Assembly: GCF_009914755.1 (NCBI RefSeq)
Contig: NC_060928.1
DNA length: 64,000 nucleotides
Strand: one strand, 5' to 3'
DNA from: the human T2T-CHM13v2.0 reference genome, Homo sapiens
Part shown: positions 1-12,215 of the stretch, one piece after another
How the letters are laid out: each line of letters starts with the position of its first letter
How positions within the stretch are numbered: the first letter of the stretch is position 1
Translations under genes and position numbers: made by a program
The notes under the pieces: generated by a model
What the model was told of the DNA's origin: nothing
Databases searched by the model: none
Seen by the model: only the letters and a program-made list of their open reading frames with translations

Positions 1-1469
1 TGACAGTATCTGATGTGTGATATTCCCCTCCCTGTGTCCATGTATTCTCATTGTTCAACTCCCACTTATGAGTGAGAACATGTGATGTTTGGTTTTCTGT
101 TTTTCTGTTAGTTTGCTGAGAATGATGGTTTCCAGCTTCATCCATATCCCTGCAAAGGACCTGAACTCATCCTTTTTATGGCTGCATAGTATTCCATGGT
201 GTATATGTACCACACTTTCTTTATCCAGTCTATCATTGATGAGAATTTGGATTGGTCCCAAGCCTTTGCTATTGTGTACAGTGCCACAATAAACATACAT
301 GTACATGTGTCTTTATAGTAGAATGATTTATAATCCTTTGAGTACATACCCAGTAATGGGATTGCTACATCAAATGATATTTCTGGTTCTAGATCCTTGA
401 AGAATTGCCACACTGTCTTCCACAATGGTTGAACTAATTTACACTCCTACCAACAGTATAAAAGCGTTCCTATTTCTCCACATCCTTTCCAGCATCTGTT
501 GTTTCCTGACTGGCATGAGATGGTACCTTATTGTGGTTTTGATTTGCATTTCTTTAATGACCAGTAATGATGAGCTTTTTTTCATATGTTTATTGGCTGC
601 AACAATGTCTTCTTTTGAGAAGTGTCTGTTCATATCTTTTGCCCACTTTTTGATGGGGTTGTTTGTTTTTTCCTTGTAAATTTGTTTAAGTTCTTTGTAG
701 ATTCCGAATATTAACGCTTTTTCAGATGGATAGACTGCAAAAATTTTCTCTTCTTCTGTAGGTTGCCTATTCACTCTGATGATAGTTTCTTTTGCTGTGC
801 AGAAGCTCTTTAGTTTAATTATATCCCATTTGTCAATTTTGGTTTTTGTTACCATTGCTTTTGGTGTTTTAGTCATGACGTCTTTGCCCATGCCTATGTT
901 CTGAATGGTATTGCCTAGGTTTTCTTCTAGATTTTTATGGTTTCAGGTCTTACGTTTAAGTCTTAATCCATCTTGAGTTAATTTTTATATAAGATGTAAG
1001 GAAGGGGTCCAGTTTCAGTTTTCTGCATATGGCTAGTCAGTCTTCCCAACACCATTTATTAAATAGGGAATCCTTTTCCCATTGTTTGTTTTTGTCAGGT
1101 TTGTCAAAGATCAGATGGTTGTAGATGTGTGGTGTTATTTCCGAGGCCTCTGTTCTGTTCCGTTGGTCTATATATCTGTTTTGGTACGAGTACCATGCTG
1201 TTTTGGTTACTGTAGCCTTGTAGTATAGTTTGAAGTCAGGCAGCATGATGCCTCCAGGTTTGTTCTTTTTGCTTAGAATTGTCTTGGCTATGTGGGCTTT
1301 TTTTTGGCTCCATATGAAATTTAAAGTATTTTTTTTGTTTGTAATTCTTGAAGAAAGTCAATAGTAGTTTGATGGGAATAGCATTGAATCTATAAATTAC
1401 TTTGGGCAGTATGGCCATTTTCATGATATTGATTCTTCCTATTCATGAGCATGGAATGTTTTCCATTTG
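1..1469 (-). mobile_element. L1PA-type LINE-1 3' fragment (ORF2 C-terminus and 3'UTR), 5'-truncated, runs off the window edge
   Basis: Minus-strand frames give L1 ORF2 peptides ([71 protein letters not shown]) broken by stops and frameshifts. Confidence 0.97.
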
Positions 1470-1762
1470 TTTATTTTTAATAGAGGGGGTCTTACTCTGT
1501 TGCCTAAGCTGAAGTTGAGTGGTGCAATCATAGCTCACTATAACTTTGAAATCCTGAACTCAAGAGATCCTCTTGCCTCAGCCTCCCAAGTAGCTAGAAC
1601 TACAGGTATGCACCACCACTCCTGCCTAAGTTTTATGTTTTTTTGTAGAGACTGGGTCTTGCTATGTTGCCCGGGCTGAACTTAAACTCCTGGCCTCAAA
1701 TTATCCTCCTGTCTTGGTCTCCCAAAGTATTGGAATTACAGGGCCGAATCACTGTACCTGGC
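1470..1762 (-). mobile_element. AluJ
   Basis: Diverged Alu dimer in reverse with J-type segments (atcatagctcact, cttgctatgttgccc). Confidence 0.9.
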
Positions 1763-1789
1763 ATAAATTTTTATATTCCAAAACCTATT

Positions 1790-2290
1790 TAAATGTTTAG
1801 TTGAGGAGCTTCCACCTAACCCTCAATTGAAAGTGATTAATCTGTAATGTAATGGCACATAAAAAGGCAAATATAGAAAATAATCTAATAAAATTCTGGG
1901 TTTTCCAAATGATGAATATGCCAATCATGCGATTGTGGACTGATATCAATATTTGATAGTACCTAATTGTAAAAAATAAAGTTTTTAAAGATCAAATGTG
2001 TAAAACTTTACTACAGGCCAGCATTAACAGATGAACATTTACAATTGATTTGATGACAGGAAAGAAAATCTTTGAATCCCATTAAGTGAAATATTACCCC
2101 ACCCTCCCCCTAAAAATCATTATTTTTCATAGGCCTGTATTAGAAAAAAGTACTCAATTATATTTTTTAATTTCATCAATATAAAATGTTAGGCAACTGT
2201 TTTTCATTTTGTTGTATAGTTACCTGATCATATCCTTGATTTTGCATCTTGAACCACAAAGTGTAAAAATATTTCCTATCTGGGTCTGAT
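1790..2290 (+). mobile_element. hAT-Charlie (Charlie2-like) transposase C-terminal relic and 3' end
   Basis: Decayed translation VEELPPNPQLKVINL*CN...YRPALTDEHLQ; ends in a Charlie/MER58-type terminus (cacaaagtgtaaaaatatttcctatctgg). Confidence 0.75.
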
Positions 2291-2329
2291 AGCCTGAAAC
2301 CTAGCACCATATATCATTGAATAAATTTA

Positions 2330-2556
2330 ATATTTCTTGATTATGGTAATTATATTGTGAAATATAGAAGAAGTACTTTACTTTTACAGGACAAATGCTA
2401 CAATATTTAGAGATAACATGTTATCATGCCTGCAATTGTTCAGCAAAGGAAAGGCGAGTGTGATAACCTATGTGAAAATTGTGAATCTACATGAGTGTTG
2501 TACATGTGTGTTCTATATTTTCAATCTCTGCAATTTTAAAATTTTCCAAATAAAAT
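2330..2556 (+). mobile_element. Old L1M (L1ME/L1MC-like) 3' end
   Basis: Resembles an old L1 3'UTR ending aaattttccaaataaaa. Confidence 0.55.
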
Positions 2557-2679
2557 CAGGGAAGAGAAAAACTCTTCTTTGACCATGCTAAGTAACTCCC
2601 AGTCATGTACTAGGCAACTTTGCTATTTTATTTTAATATTACTTATTATAACACAATATATTTTGGTTGTTGTTTAAAT

Positions 2680-2815
2680 TCCTTGATTTACTTGCTTATC
2701 CTCTACGGGATAACGTAAGGTAGTTGAGAGTGGGGACAATGTTATTTTATTCTTTATCCCCAATAGCTATAACAGCACTGGCACATTGGACACACTCAAA
2801 ACACTTGTTGAAGAA
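2680..2815 (+). mobile_element. L2 3' end fragment
   Basis: ctggcacattggacacactcaaaacacttgttgaa resembles the L2 terminus. Confidence 0.55.
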
Positions 2816-3809
2816 ACAAAATAAAAGAAAATGCAAAAAGTAGAAAACAAATGACTCAATGAAGGACAGTACATCACTCACAGGTGCTCAGAAACCTTAA
2901 AGACAGCCCACTTGCCCCTGCCACTTATTCCTCCAGCCACCAATGAATTGTACTCTGGCCCCAGTTTCTGACCTGCTCTCACTCCCCATTCCTGGCTTTC
3001 CTTGATGCTTCCATTCTGGTTACTGACTCTGGTCTTAATTTTGTCTAGGTCAATTGCAGTAGATATCTAGAATCTCTGATGTTTGAACCTAAAATTTCTC
3101 TTACAATTGGCCTCCTGTTCTTACAGTGACTGATGCTTCTTAGTTGCATCCCTCAGAATCATCCTTAATTACAGGCCTGTCCTGCCTCATTCTTGTCTCT
3201 GGGGATGGGGAGAATGTCCTCTTTCAGGCCCTGGGCCAGTCACAGTAGTGACAGTCTTTTAGCTTCCTTTATTTGTCCCCAAAATTTCTCAAGGTAGGTA
3301 TCATAACCTCCATCCTGTTGGCGAGAAAACTGAAACACATGAAGATTACCTATCTTTTCTGAGATTATGTTAAGTGAGGGACGAAGGCAGCGCTAAATCC
3401 CAAGTCCCTTTAAGGCAATGTTTTTGGGTGTGCTTTTCCCTCTACCATATTGGTGGTTGCTTATTTCATTCTTCCCTGTAGAGGAAGCTGTTGGCAGGGA
3501 TATTCTTTCCTGTACTGTGTGAATAATTCTAAGAACAGTGACAGAGTCTCATTGAAATCATTGGTACCAAGCCCTACTGGAAAACTGTATCTGACTCACA
3601 ATTAATCCTCAGACCCCTCCATGAAGGATTTGTTGAGTTAATATGACTCAACAGCCTAAACTTTAAACATTGCACTTTCTTAAAATGTCACCACTATAAA
3701 TATGTGCAACTATTATGTGCCCATAATAGTTAAGAATAAAACATTGAAATAAATAAAATATCCTTACTGATTTGCACCAGTACAGTAATGAGTAAATTCA
3801 TCTCTCAAG

Positions 3810-4130
<321 letters not shown>

Positions 4131-4194
4131 TCAGTTTCCTGGGATTCTGTGTTAGATGCAGTGTAGTTTATGTTTCTTCTCCTTCCTTTGTAAC

Positions 4195-4560
4195 CAGCAG
4201 GCACACTGGCTCCCTCACTATTCTTGGACCATGACAGGCATGTCTTCCTCTCAGAGCCTTTCTCTGAAGAGCTTCTCTGCACTTCACTGAGGTCTTGACT
4301 CAACTAGCACAACTTCAATCACCCACCAGTTCTACCCTTTGGAACTCTCTGCTCTCATATTCACTCTCACATCTTCCTACCTTGCTTTATTTTTTCATGT
4401 CACTTATATCCTGTCATTTTCATTAATTACATGTTATCTGCTCCCCCAGTAGAATGTAACTGTGGCAAGGACTCTGTTCTGTTCACTCTGATGCCTCAGC
4501 ATCTAATACAATGACAGGCACATAGTAGTTGCTCAATAAATTGTACATTGATTCATGTTT
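4195..4560 (+). mobile_element. L2 3' fragment
   Basis: tagaatgtaa...ggcacatagtagttgctcaataaat L2 terminus. Confidence 0.7.
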
Positions 4561-6787
4561 AATGGATGATTTTTAAATTAACTGATAAATATGTCCCTGT
4601 CATCCTAACCTTGTACAAGCATGTGTGGTGTAATGCAGCATTTTTCAGTTCTTTCTAAGCCATGCTCCACTTTGAAAAACTTGAACATCATGGGGCCCTG
4701 ATTTTTCTAACCTCTCCTGAGATTGGAGTCATGCATAGGTGTCCTCTGCACCTGAATTAGCCCTGACCCACAGAATACATGATCTACTTTCCAAGCCCTG
4801 AAAGAAAATAAGATTAGTTTCAGTTTCACTTGCTTCTACTAGTATTGAAACAATTTTGAATTTGCATAGTTATATTAGTATATAATATAAAAACATCATC
4901 TCATATTATTATAGTGGATAGCTCTTTCCCCATTTGGTATGTTCTTACCCAGAAAATCTAAAATTCCCATTTTCTTCCTCTCTTCTTCTTGATCCATACA
5001 CTACAATAAATTTCTACTAAATTTTAAGTCATTGTTTTTTCAAGTGCTTAATGAGGACAGTAGATCCACCAGCAGAATTATTGTGAGAATGAGGAATAAT
5101 ATTCATAAAGTACTTGGCAAAGAACAAACTTCAACAAATAGCTTCTGGCTGCCTCTCTTACCAAATGATTAGCATTGCCCTTAGAACTATATTTGCCTCA
5201 CTAAACTGGTCTGGAAATATACCATTTTGCTCTTAAGCAAATGTTTTCACAGCAAAGCAAAGAGAGCTGCAACAAGAGCCTCTTTCTATTATTTGCAAGG
5301 TTGCTTGGCCAGGTTGCCTTCATTATCAACTCCATCAGGCCTGAGGTCAATGTGCACATTTTGCCACCTGCTGATGCCCCATCTCTGTAGGCTGCAAGAG
5401 AAACAAGACAGCCATAGTTTGTTTGATTTTGTATCACATTCAGGTAATCCTTCAATATTGAGACTGCTCATAATTGAATGTTTTGCTACTAGGCTTGAGT
5501 TATCAAACAATAAAAGGGATACAGGGCTCAGGCGAGATTGTGACAAATTATAGGAGCCATCTTCTTGGGTTGATTGCTTTTGTATTTAATTGTATGCTAA
5601 TTATTAGTTTTACAAGACGGATACCTAAAGAAATAGCAAAGTAACAGGAAAAAATGTAAAAGACAACACATGAATATATATGTCAGTCTCACAGGGCAAT
5701 TTACCAAATTAAAAGACAGAAAAATAAACTGTGCATGAATACCTTTAGGGAACATAGTTGGCATGGTTGCCTGGAAATGTAAGTGTATTGAAATACAGAA
5801 TCTGTTTTATCAGAAATAGACTCTGATAAAAGAATGGGTTCCCAACCCAGTTGAGATAATGCAAGAAGGAAACCCACCTGTGCTGGTAGAGGTGAGGTTG
5901 GCAAATTACCTTCCTTGTCACTTGTTGTCAGTCATCTGCCTAAGGCATAGAGAGAATCCAAGCATTCCTCCACTATTAAGATCCATTGACCCTCCTACCT
6001 TAATAATTAAGTTTAGACCCATTGGCATGAACCCACTTACAACTCAGTGTCCTTTTCACCACGTTTGTCCACACTCAGAGTGTTTGTGGCCATTCTGGAC
6101 TCATCTTTTCTCCTCTGGACCAAATGCTCTTGTCTTAGCCTTGGGCTGTTGGCTGTGTCTGGATGATTTCCCACCTGCCCCTCCTCAGCCCTTTTACTCT
6201 GTATCTAAAATGCCCACTGGAGAGTCAGCACTCATGTCATCTCCAAGGGAGGAGAGAGCTTTGTTAAGTCCTCAAGTAGCTAGCTCTCTCTCTCTGAATT
6301 GCACAGTTTCATGGTCCTATAGCTAATGGGGCTTCTACCATTCTCTGCTGCTAAGGTTTGAGCTCCTGGAGAACACATGCCTTCCTGCTCTGCTCTCGGT
6401 ATGAACAACAGCCCACTGGGGGCACTCAGCAGGTGCTTATCACAAGGCTTCTTAGCAGAACCAGACACGCCCTCTAGAGCTGGAGTACAAAATCCTGCCA
6501 ACCCAAATCTAATCCTTCTCCCCACACTCTTATCTCAAAAGGAAAACACAAAAGACAATTGAAACTTTGATTATCCCACTGCCAAGTCCGTCTTCCCCCC
6601 TAGGATGGACACTCCTCAAGGCTGGTCACTCCATCTTCACCCTCAGGCTCACCTCAGTGGTCTCATTGCCCTTTCTTCCTGGGTACTTTCTCATCTTTGA
6701 ACCCTTGGTCCTAATCAATCTGTCTAAAATCTTCTTTCCCAACTCATCTTATTGAGTTAGTCCTTTAAGTTTCTGCTCAAAAGCATC

Positions 6788-7215
6788 TGTTTTAGGTGGG
6801 GGCCCACAGAAGTCTACTCAAAAGTGAGGATTTACTTGCAAGGGATTTCTTAAGAAAAGTCTTGAAGCAAAGAACCAAAGGGTATGTAGAAAGCAGAAAG
6901 TGAAGGGCAGGAATCCATGCAAGACCAAGGGCTCAGGCAAAGTCTCAGAGAGGACTGGCTCTGGGCTGTTCCAGAGCAAAATTCTCAACTGTAAAGTGTG
7001 CCTCTGAGTCTTCCTACCAAGCAAAGAAATTGGGTTTGCACAACCCGGCATCTGTCCATTACTGGCCTGAGAGGACTCCTGAGAGGACTCCTGAGAGGAC
7101 TAAGTTCCCAGGTACTTCCTGTTACCTTGCCTACAGGTAGCTCAATGGCATTTCCTCCAAGAAAAGGTGTTGGTGTTAGAAGCCAAAGAAGACTTGGGAA
7201 GACCTTGAAGGCACA
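6788..7215 (-). mobile_element. Old ERVL LTR (LTR16-like)
   Basis: tgttttaggtggg...cagaag...aggattt...tgcaagggattt resembles a reversed ERVL LTR 3' end. Confidence 0.5.
7066..7101. repeat. 12-bp tandem repeat x3 (CCTGAGAGGACT)
   Basis: Three exact copies read directly. Confidence 0.95.
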
Positions 7216-7389
7216 CTAAAGAAGCAAACAAACCAATTAACGACCAAGAAAATACCTAAATAAAAAAGGAATGTGAGGGGATCTGGAAGGAGCACCAACA
7301 CTGTCTGCTACAAGTTCCTTGTATTTTTCCTTGACATTTGGTAACTAACTGACAAGTGGATCCAGGTATGATGGAGCTGGCTTGCACCA

Positions 7390-7453
7390 CAGTGCCAGGA
7401 GCACTTGGCACACAATTCTTCCAGTGCCAGCAGCACTTGGCACATAATTCTTC
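7390..7453. repeat. 32-bp tandem duplication
   Basis: cagtgccaggagcacttggcacacaattcttc / cagtgccagcagcacttggcacataattcttc, 2 mismatches. Confidence 0.95.
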
Positions 7454-7621
7454 CAGCTCTGCTCTAAATACCATGGCCTTCAACCTCCTTAAAGACATTT
7501 CTCTCTCCATCAATTATCCTTTTAATTTAACTTCTCCTCTCTATTGCCTTTTTGATCTCGACATGGAAAGATGTTCAAGGAGTTCCTCCATGTCTAAAAC
7601 TAAAGAAAAGCAAAAGGGATG

Positions 7622-7626
7622 GAGGG

Positions 7627-7657
<31 letters not shown>

Positions 7658-7734
7658 GGAGGGAGAGAAGAAGGGATAGGAAGAGGAGGGGGGGAGAGAG
7701 AGAAAGAGAGGGAGAGAGAGGAAAGAGAGAGAGA
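7622..7734. repeat. (GA)n / GA-rich purine tract
   Basis: Direct reading. Confidence 0.95.
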
Positions 7735-8529
7735 TGCCTTTGACTCTAAAATCTTTTATTGCTGAGATTATGGAAAGTCCAATCCTCACTTTCTTGATTT
7801 TCTCCTCCTCTGTTCCATTTGCAACCTCCTAATATCAAGGTCCTTTTACCCTCCATGGAACTGGCTCTGCCTCCCTTAAGGTTGCCTATCGCTAAGTTCA
7901 GGAAAGCCTGCCTGTATTCCTATGCAGGTGTCATGTGTTTACTGCCTCTTCTCCCTTTCTTGAAGTTCCTCTTGGCCTTGCTTTCCTGACACCACTTTCC
8001 CTGTTCCTTCTCCTGCTTTGGTCATCATGTTTCATGTGTCTAGGATGAGTGAGGACTGAGCAAAACTTCAGGAGCACAGGCAGGAAAAAAGAAGAATGAT
8101 CAATTAAGGTTCCTTGCCTCACTAGAAGTGATCCCTTTGGCATGAGCCCACACCAGATGTCCAGCAGAGGGTAAAGCTGGCAGATGTGAGAAGTGAGCTC
8201 CTAGGCATGGCAGAGTGTGGGTGCTGTAAGAGGTCTGACATCTCCTTCAAGTCAAGCCATCCTCACTCCACTCAGCCCATTATTTTCTTGCCATTCTTGG
8301 CACTACATTAACAAGTAAAGGGGCCACTTAATGAACATCAAAATCTTTTAGCTGTGGCTGAACTGAGGAACTATCAGGATAATCTTCTGAGAGAAAGCAG
8401 AAGACTACACGTGCCATGTTGCTGCCTATTTTGTTATCTGCGTCAACGTCAAAGAAATTTCCATGTTGGTTTTCTGTGGCCCTTTAATTACACAAATCCA
8501 CAAATTACACTAATACATTAACTGGATAC

Positions 8530-8885
8530 ACACACACACACATAGATAGACTGATTTTTAAGGAATTCATTCAGATGATTGTGGAGGCTTTGCAAATTCA
8601 AAATCCAGAGTGCGGGCTGGCAGTTTGGAGACTCAGATGAGCTGCAGTAGAGTCCATTGGTCATCTTTTGGCAGAATTCCTCCTTACTCAAAGGAGGTCA
8701 TTGCTGGTTCTTTTCAGGCCTTCAGCTGGTTAGGTGAGATCCACTGACAATATGGAGTGTCATCTTCTATACTCAAAGTCCACAGATTTAAATATTAGTC
8801 TCATCCCAAAAATCTAAAAAAAATGCCTGACCAAACATCTGGACTCCAGGGCCCAGCCAAGTTAATACGTAAAATTAGCATCACA
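8530..8885 (-). mobile_element. MLT2 (MLT2C/D-like) ERVL LTR
   Basis: ttttaaggaatt...gattgtggaggct...aaagtccacagatttaaatatta...cccagccaagtt...aaaattagcatcaca. Confidence 0.8.
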
Positions 8886-9099
8886 TACATGCAAAATCAT
8901 GTTCACTCAGATGCTGTCCCACCTCTGAGGGCTTGGAAGAATGGGTGTCCCATAGTCACCACCACACTGGGCCTAGACCTGTGCTGTGACCCATAGGACT
9001 TTCTATCAATGGTTTTTGAGAGAATGACTGGACAAAGACATCAAGAAAGAACAAAAAGCAATGTGAACTGGGAGAATACTTGGAGATGAGAGTTCAGAA

Positions 9100-9365
9100 A
9101 AACAGTACAACTCAGTGGTAAAACTAAGAACTCTAAGGAGAGATAATCTGTTTTAAATTCTAGGACCACCATTTAAAGCTGTATAACCTTGGGCAAGTTA
9201 CTTAACTCCACTATGCCTTAGTTTCCTCTTCTGTAAAATGGTATCATAGAAGTAACTACCATGTAGAGTTAGCATGGAGATTAAGTGAATTAAAATATGT
9301 AAAGCTTTTAGAACATAGTACATTTTCTGGCAGTAGTAAGCACTGTGTGATATTTTCTATTATTT
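9100..9365 (+). mobile_element. MIR
   Basis: Core accttgggcaagttacttaac...agtttcctcttctgtaaaatgg. Confidence 0.85.
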
Positions 9366-10844
9366 TATTTACATTGTTTGAAGGTACTAAACTATAATCA
9401 CTAACACCATTTATAAAAGTACAGCAAGACCTACTATCTATGCTTTGCAGTTGATAAAGTGGCTATGTCTACCGTATTTTATTTAATTCTCCCAAAGATT
9501 TAAAAAGGCATGTCTTACTGTTAGATACTAGGGTAGCAGAAACACTAGGGCAGGATTTGAACTCAAGGCTTTAACTGTCCCTTCTGAGCCCTTTCTCACA
9601 ATGAATTCCACCCAGCCCATGACACTGGTCTGCAATAAATCAGAGGACATCGGAGCAGCCTATCAATTTAACATCCTTTGGTTTGAGGATTAAGGGAGTG
9701 CTTCCAAAGAAGACAGCTCCATATGCTAAGCTGCTTCACCCACCTCATTTTGGCAGGTTGACTTTTGATCATCAGAGTCAAATGCTGCTGGCCAAGAATT
9801 CAGTACGTATGGGCTGCATTTAGGACTTCTTGTCTCAGAGAAGGATGCGGCTTCCTTTCTCTTTAGCAGCTCATCCTTGGCTCCTGGCAATCAGCAGACC
9901 TTGCATACGTCTTTAGAAAGGGGAGCCATGCCCATGAGAGGAAGTTAGGTTTAATCCAGATGTCCCATTCAGCTTACAGTATGGCTTTATTCATGTCCCC
10001 TCCAGGCTGGAATGAACATTAAATGTCATCCAGATTTTGGACAACATGTCTGGAGACACAGCTAAGAGAGCAGCTATAAAGTGGGGTTGATTAAAGAACA
10101 TCTCCGTGGGGCTGCTTGAACGCTGAGTATGGACTCTGGCAAAACAGTGTTCCAATCTCTGTTAAAACATATTCCTGCTCTTCCTTTCTCTACTTCTTTT
10201 TGCACCTTCTGCTTCACCCAAAAAACTCTACATATTGGTCTGACCCAAATAGCATTTTCATATATGACTGATGAGTATCTTACTACACTAACTGAGTCGA
10301 CAAGAATATCACATTTATTTATCATTCCTTTAAATCATGTTAAATCTGACTCTAAGTCACTAGTTGTGAACTGGTGGAAGAATTCGTTATTAGTAGTAGT
10401 CATTATTCTCTGAAGATTTCAAAATTATTCTGGAGGCTTTCATGGTGCCTACAAAATAGGAAATAGGGTTTTCAATTATGATTCTTGCTGATATCCTTGT
10501 GCCTCAGTCTACAAAGTCCTTAAAGCAGAAAGATCAAGTGGCATCTAGCCCAGGGGGCACAGAAATCTTTGCTGTGTTTCAGGCCTGTGCTCCCAGGATA
10601 CATGCCACACCATTTCTCTCTAAGGTCTTGCCATCCTGTGAGCCCCTCTAGCTTCACAGATCTGATATACTCAGAGTCTGCCTTCTCTGTTGACTTCTTA
10701 GCCTTAGAGGAAATCTCAGTCAATGTTTCCTCCTCCTTCCTTGTCTCCCTCTGTGATTTCCCTGGAAGAACTTAGCCAAGCCTTGTGGAAAATAAGCACC
10801 AAAATGAGGGATTGTTTGTAATCAACTGCCTATGCCTTGTCACA

Positions 10845-11180
10845 CATTTTGCTCTGGCTGCCATAGAAAAATACTATAAACTAGGTGGCTTAAATAACAG
10901 CAACTGATTTTCTCATAGTTCTGTAGGATAGAAGTTCAAGATAAAGGTTCTGGTTAATTCAGATTGTGAGAAGGGCTCTCTTCCTGGATTACACGTGGCC
11001 ACCTTCTTGCTATGTTCTCACACAGCCTTTCCTTGCTGTCTGTGCTCAGAGAGCAGATCCTGTGGTGTCTCTTCTAATAAAGACACAAGTCCTATCAGAT
11101 CAGGGCTCCACCTTTATTACCTCATTTAAAGCAATTTACCTGCTTTATATGCAATTGCCTCCAAATTACCTCCAAATATA
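10845..11180 (-). mobile_element. MLT1A-like MaLR LTR
   Basis: ggctgccatagaaaaatactataaactaggtggcttaaataac...ctcatagttctg...agaagttcaagat. Confidence 0.8.
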
Positions 11181-11459
11181 GCTCCCTTCTCATTGGAAGA
11201 CGTGTGGTGACTTCTAAGCTCTTTGTGTTTCAGACTAGAAACAATAATTCTTCAATTATGTTTTTATAGTTATTATTTTAATGTTAGCTTATCTGAACGG
11301 AATGGAGGCTCCATGAGAGCTGGGGTTTTGTTGGAGCTATATTCTCAAGGATTGTACAGTATATGGAAATAGTAATAGCTTAATATGTGCTAAATATCGT
11401 GACTCTCACAGTCAAAAAAGTACCACACTTGTGAGTTTGTGTATGTGTATGTGTGCACT

Positions 11460-11600
11460 TTGCAGTCAGGGAAAGCTGGGCTTAATTTCTGAGTCCATGC
11501 ATGGGTAACTTTGGATTTGCTACTTAACTTCTTCAACTTTCCTTTTCCTAGTCTATAAAGAGCAGTTTTTAACCTTTGCCTCACTAGGTGGCTGTGTGGT
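11460..11600 (+). mobile_element. MIR, interrupted by the L1MB insertion
   Basis: Diverged core actttggatttgctacttaac...tctataaa. Confidence 0.6.
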
Positions 11601-12210
11601 TAAATCAGATTATGTGCTTTTTGCTATTAAGTTGTAGGTGTTTTTTAGGTATTTTGAAGAGTAACTTTCATCAGATGCTTGATGGCCAAATATGTTCATT
11701 CCATAGCTTGCTTTTTTTTATTTATTCTGGTGATTGTTTTATTTGCTATTATAAATAAACTGTTATGAATAAATAAGCATATTAGTTTAATTCATTCCCA
11801 CTGTTCTATTTTTGCTTCTGTTGCTTGTTCTAAGAAATCATTGCCTAGACCAATGTCATAAAACTTTTCCTGGCCGGGAGCGGTGGCTCACGCCTGTAAT
11901 CCCAGCACTTTGGGAGGTCGAGGCGGGCGGATCATGAGGTCAGGAGATGGAGACCATCCTGGCTAACACGGTGAAACCCCATCTCTACTAAAAATACAAA
12001 AGAATTAGCCAGGCGTGGCGGTGGGCGCCTGTAGTCCCAGCTACTCAGGAGGCTGAGGTAGGAGAATGGCGTGAACCCGGGAGGCGGAGCTTGCAGTGAG
12101 CCCAGATTGCGCCAGTGCACTCCAGACTGGGCGACAGAGTGAGACTCCGTCTCAACAAAAAAAGAAAAAGAAAAAAAAAATTTCCTTTATGTTTTCTTCT
12201 AGTAGCTTAA
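11598..12210 (-). mobile_element. Inverted 5' segment of an L1MB element (ORF2), interrupted by AluY
   Basis: Reverse complement gives ctactagaagaaaacata...atgacattggtctaggcaatgatttctt...acaacttaatagcaaaa. Confidence 0.8.
11872..12180 (+). mobile_element. AluY
   Basis: Y diagnostics accatcctggctaacacggtg and gaatggcgtgaacccgggaggcggagcttgcag; degenerate TSD aaaacttttcct/aaaaatttcct. Confidence 0.95.
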
Positions 12211-12215
12211 TAGCT

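Noticed and set aside
55-1424. ORFs resembling a reverse-transcriptase protein C-terminus
   Set aside because: Fragmented L1 ORF2 relic with stops and frameshifts
8160-8176. CTCF-like CCAGCAGAGGG (also cccagggggcac near 10550)
   Set aside because: Only partial matches, expected by chance at this window size
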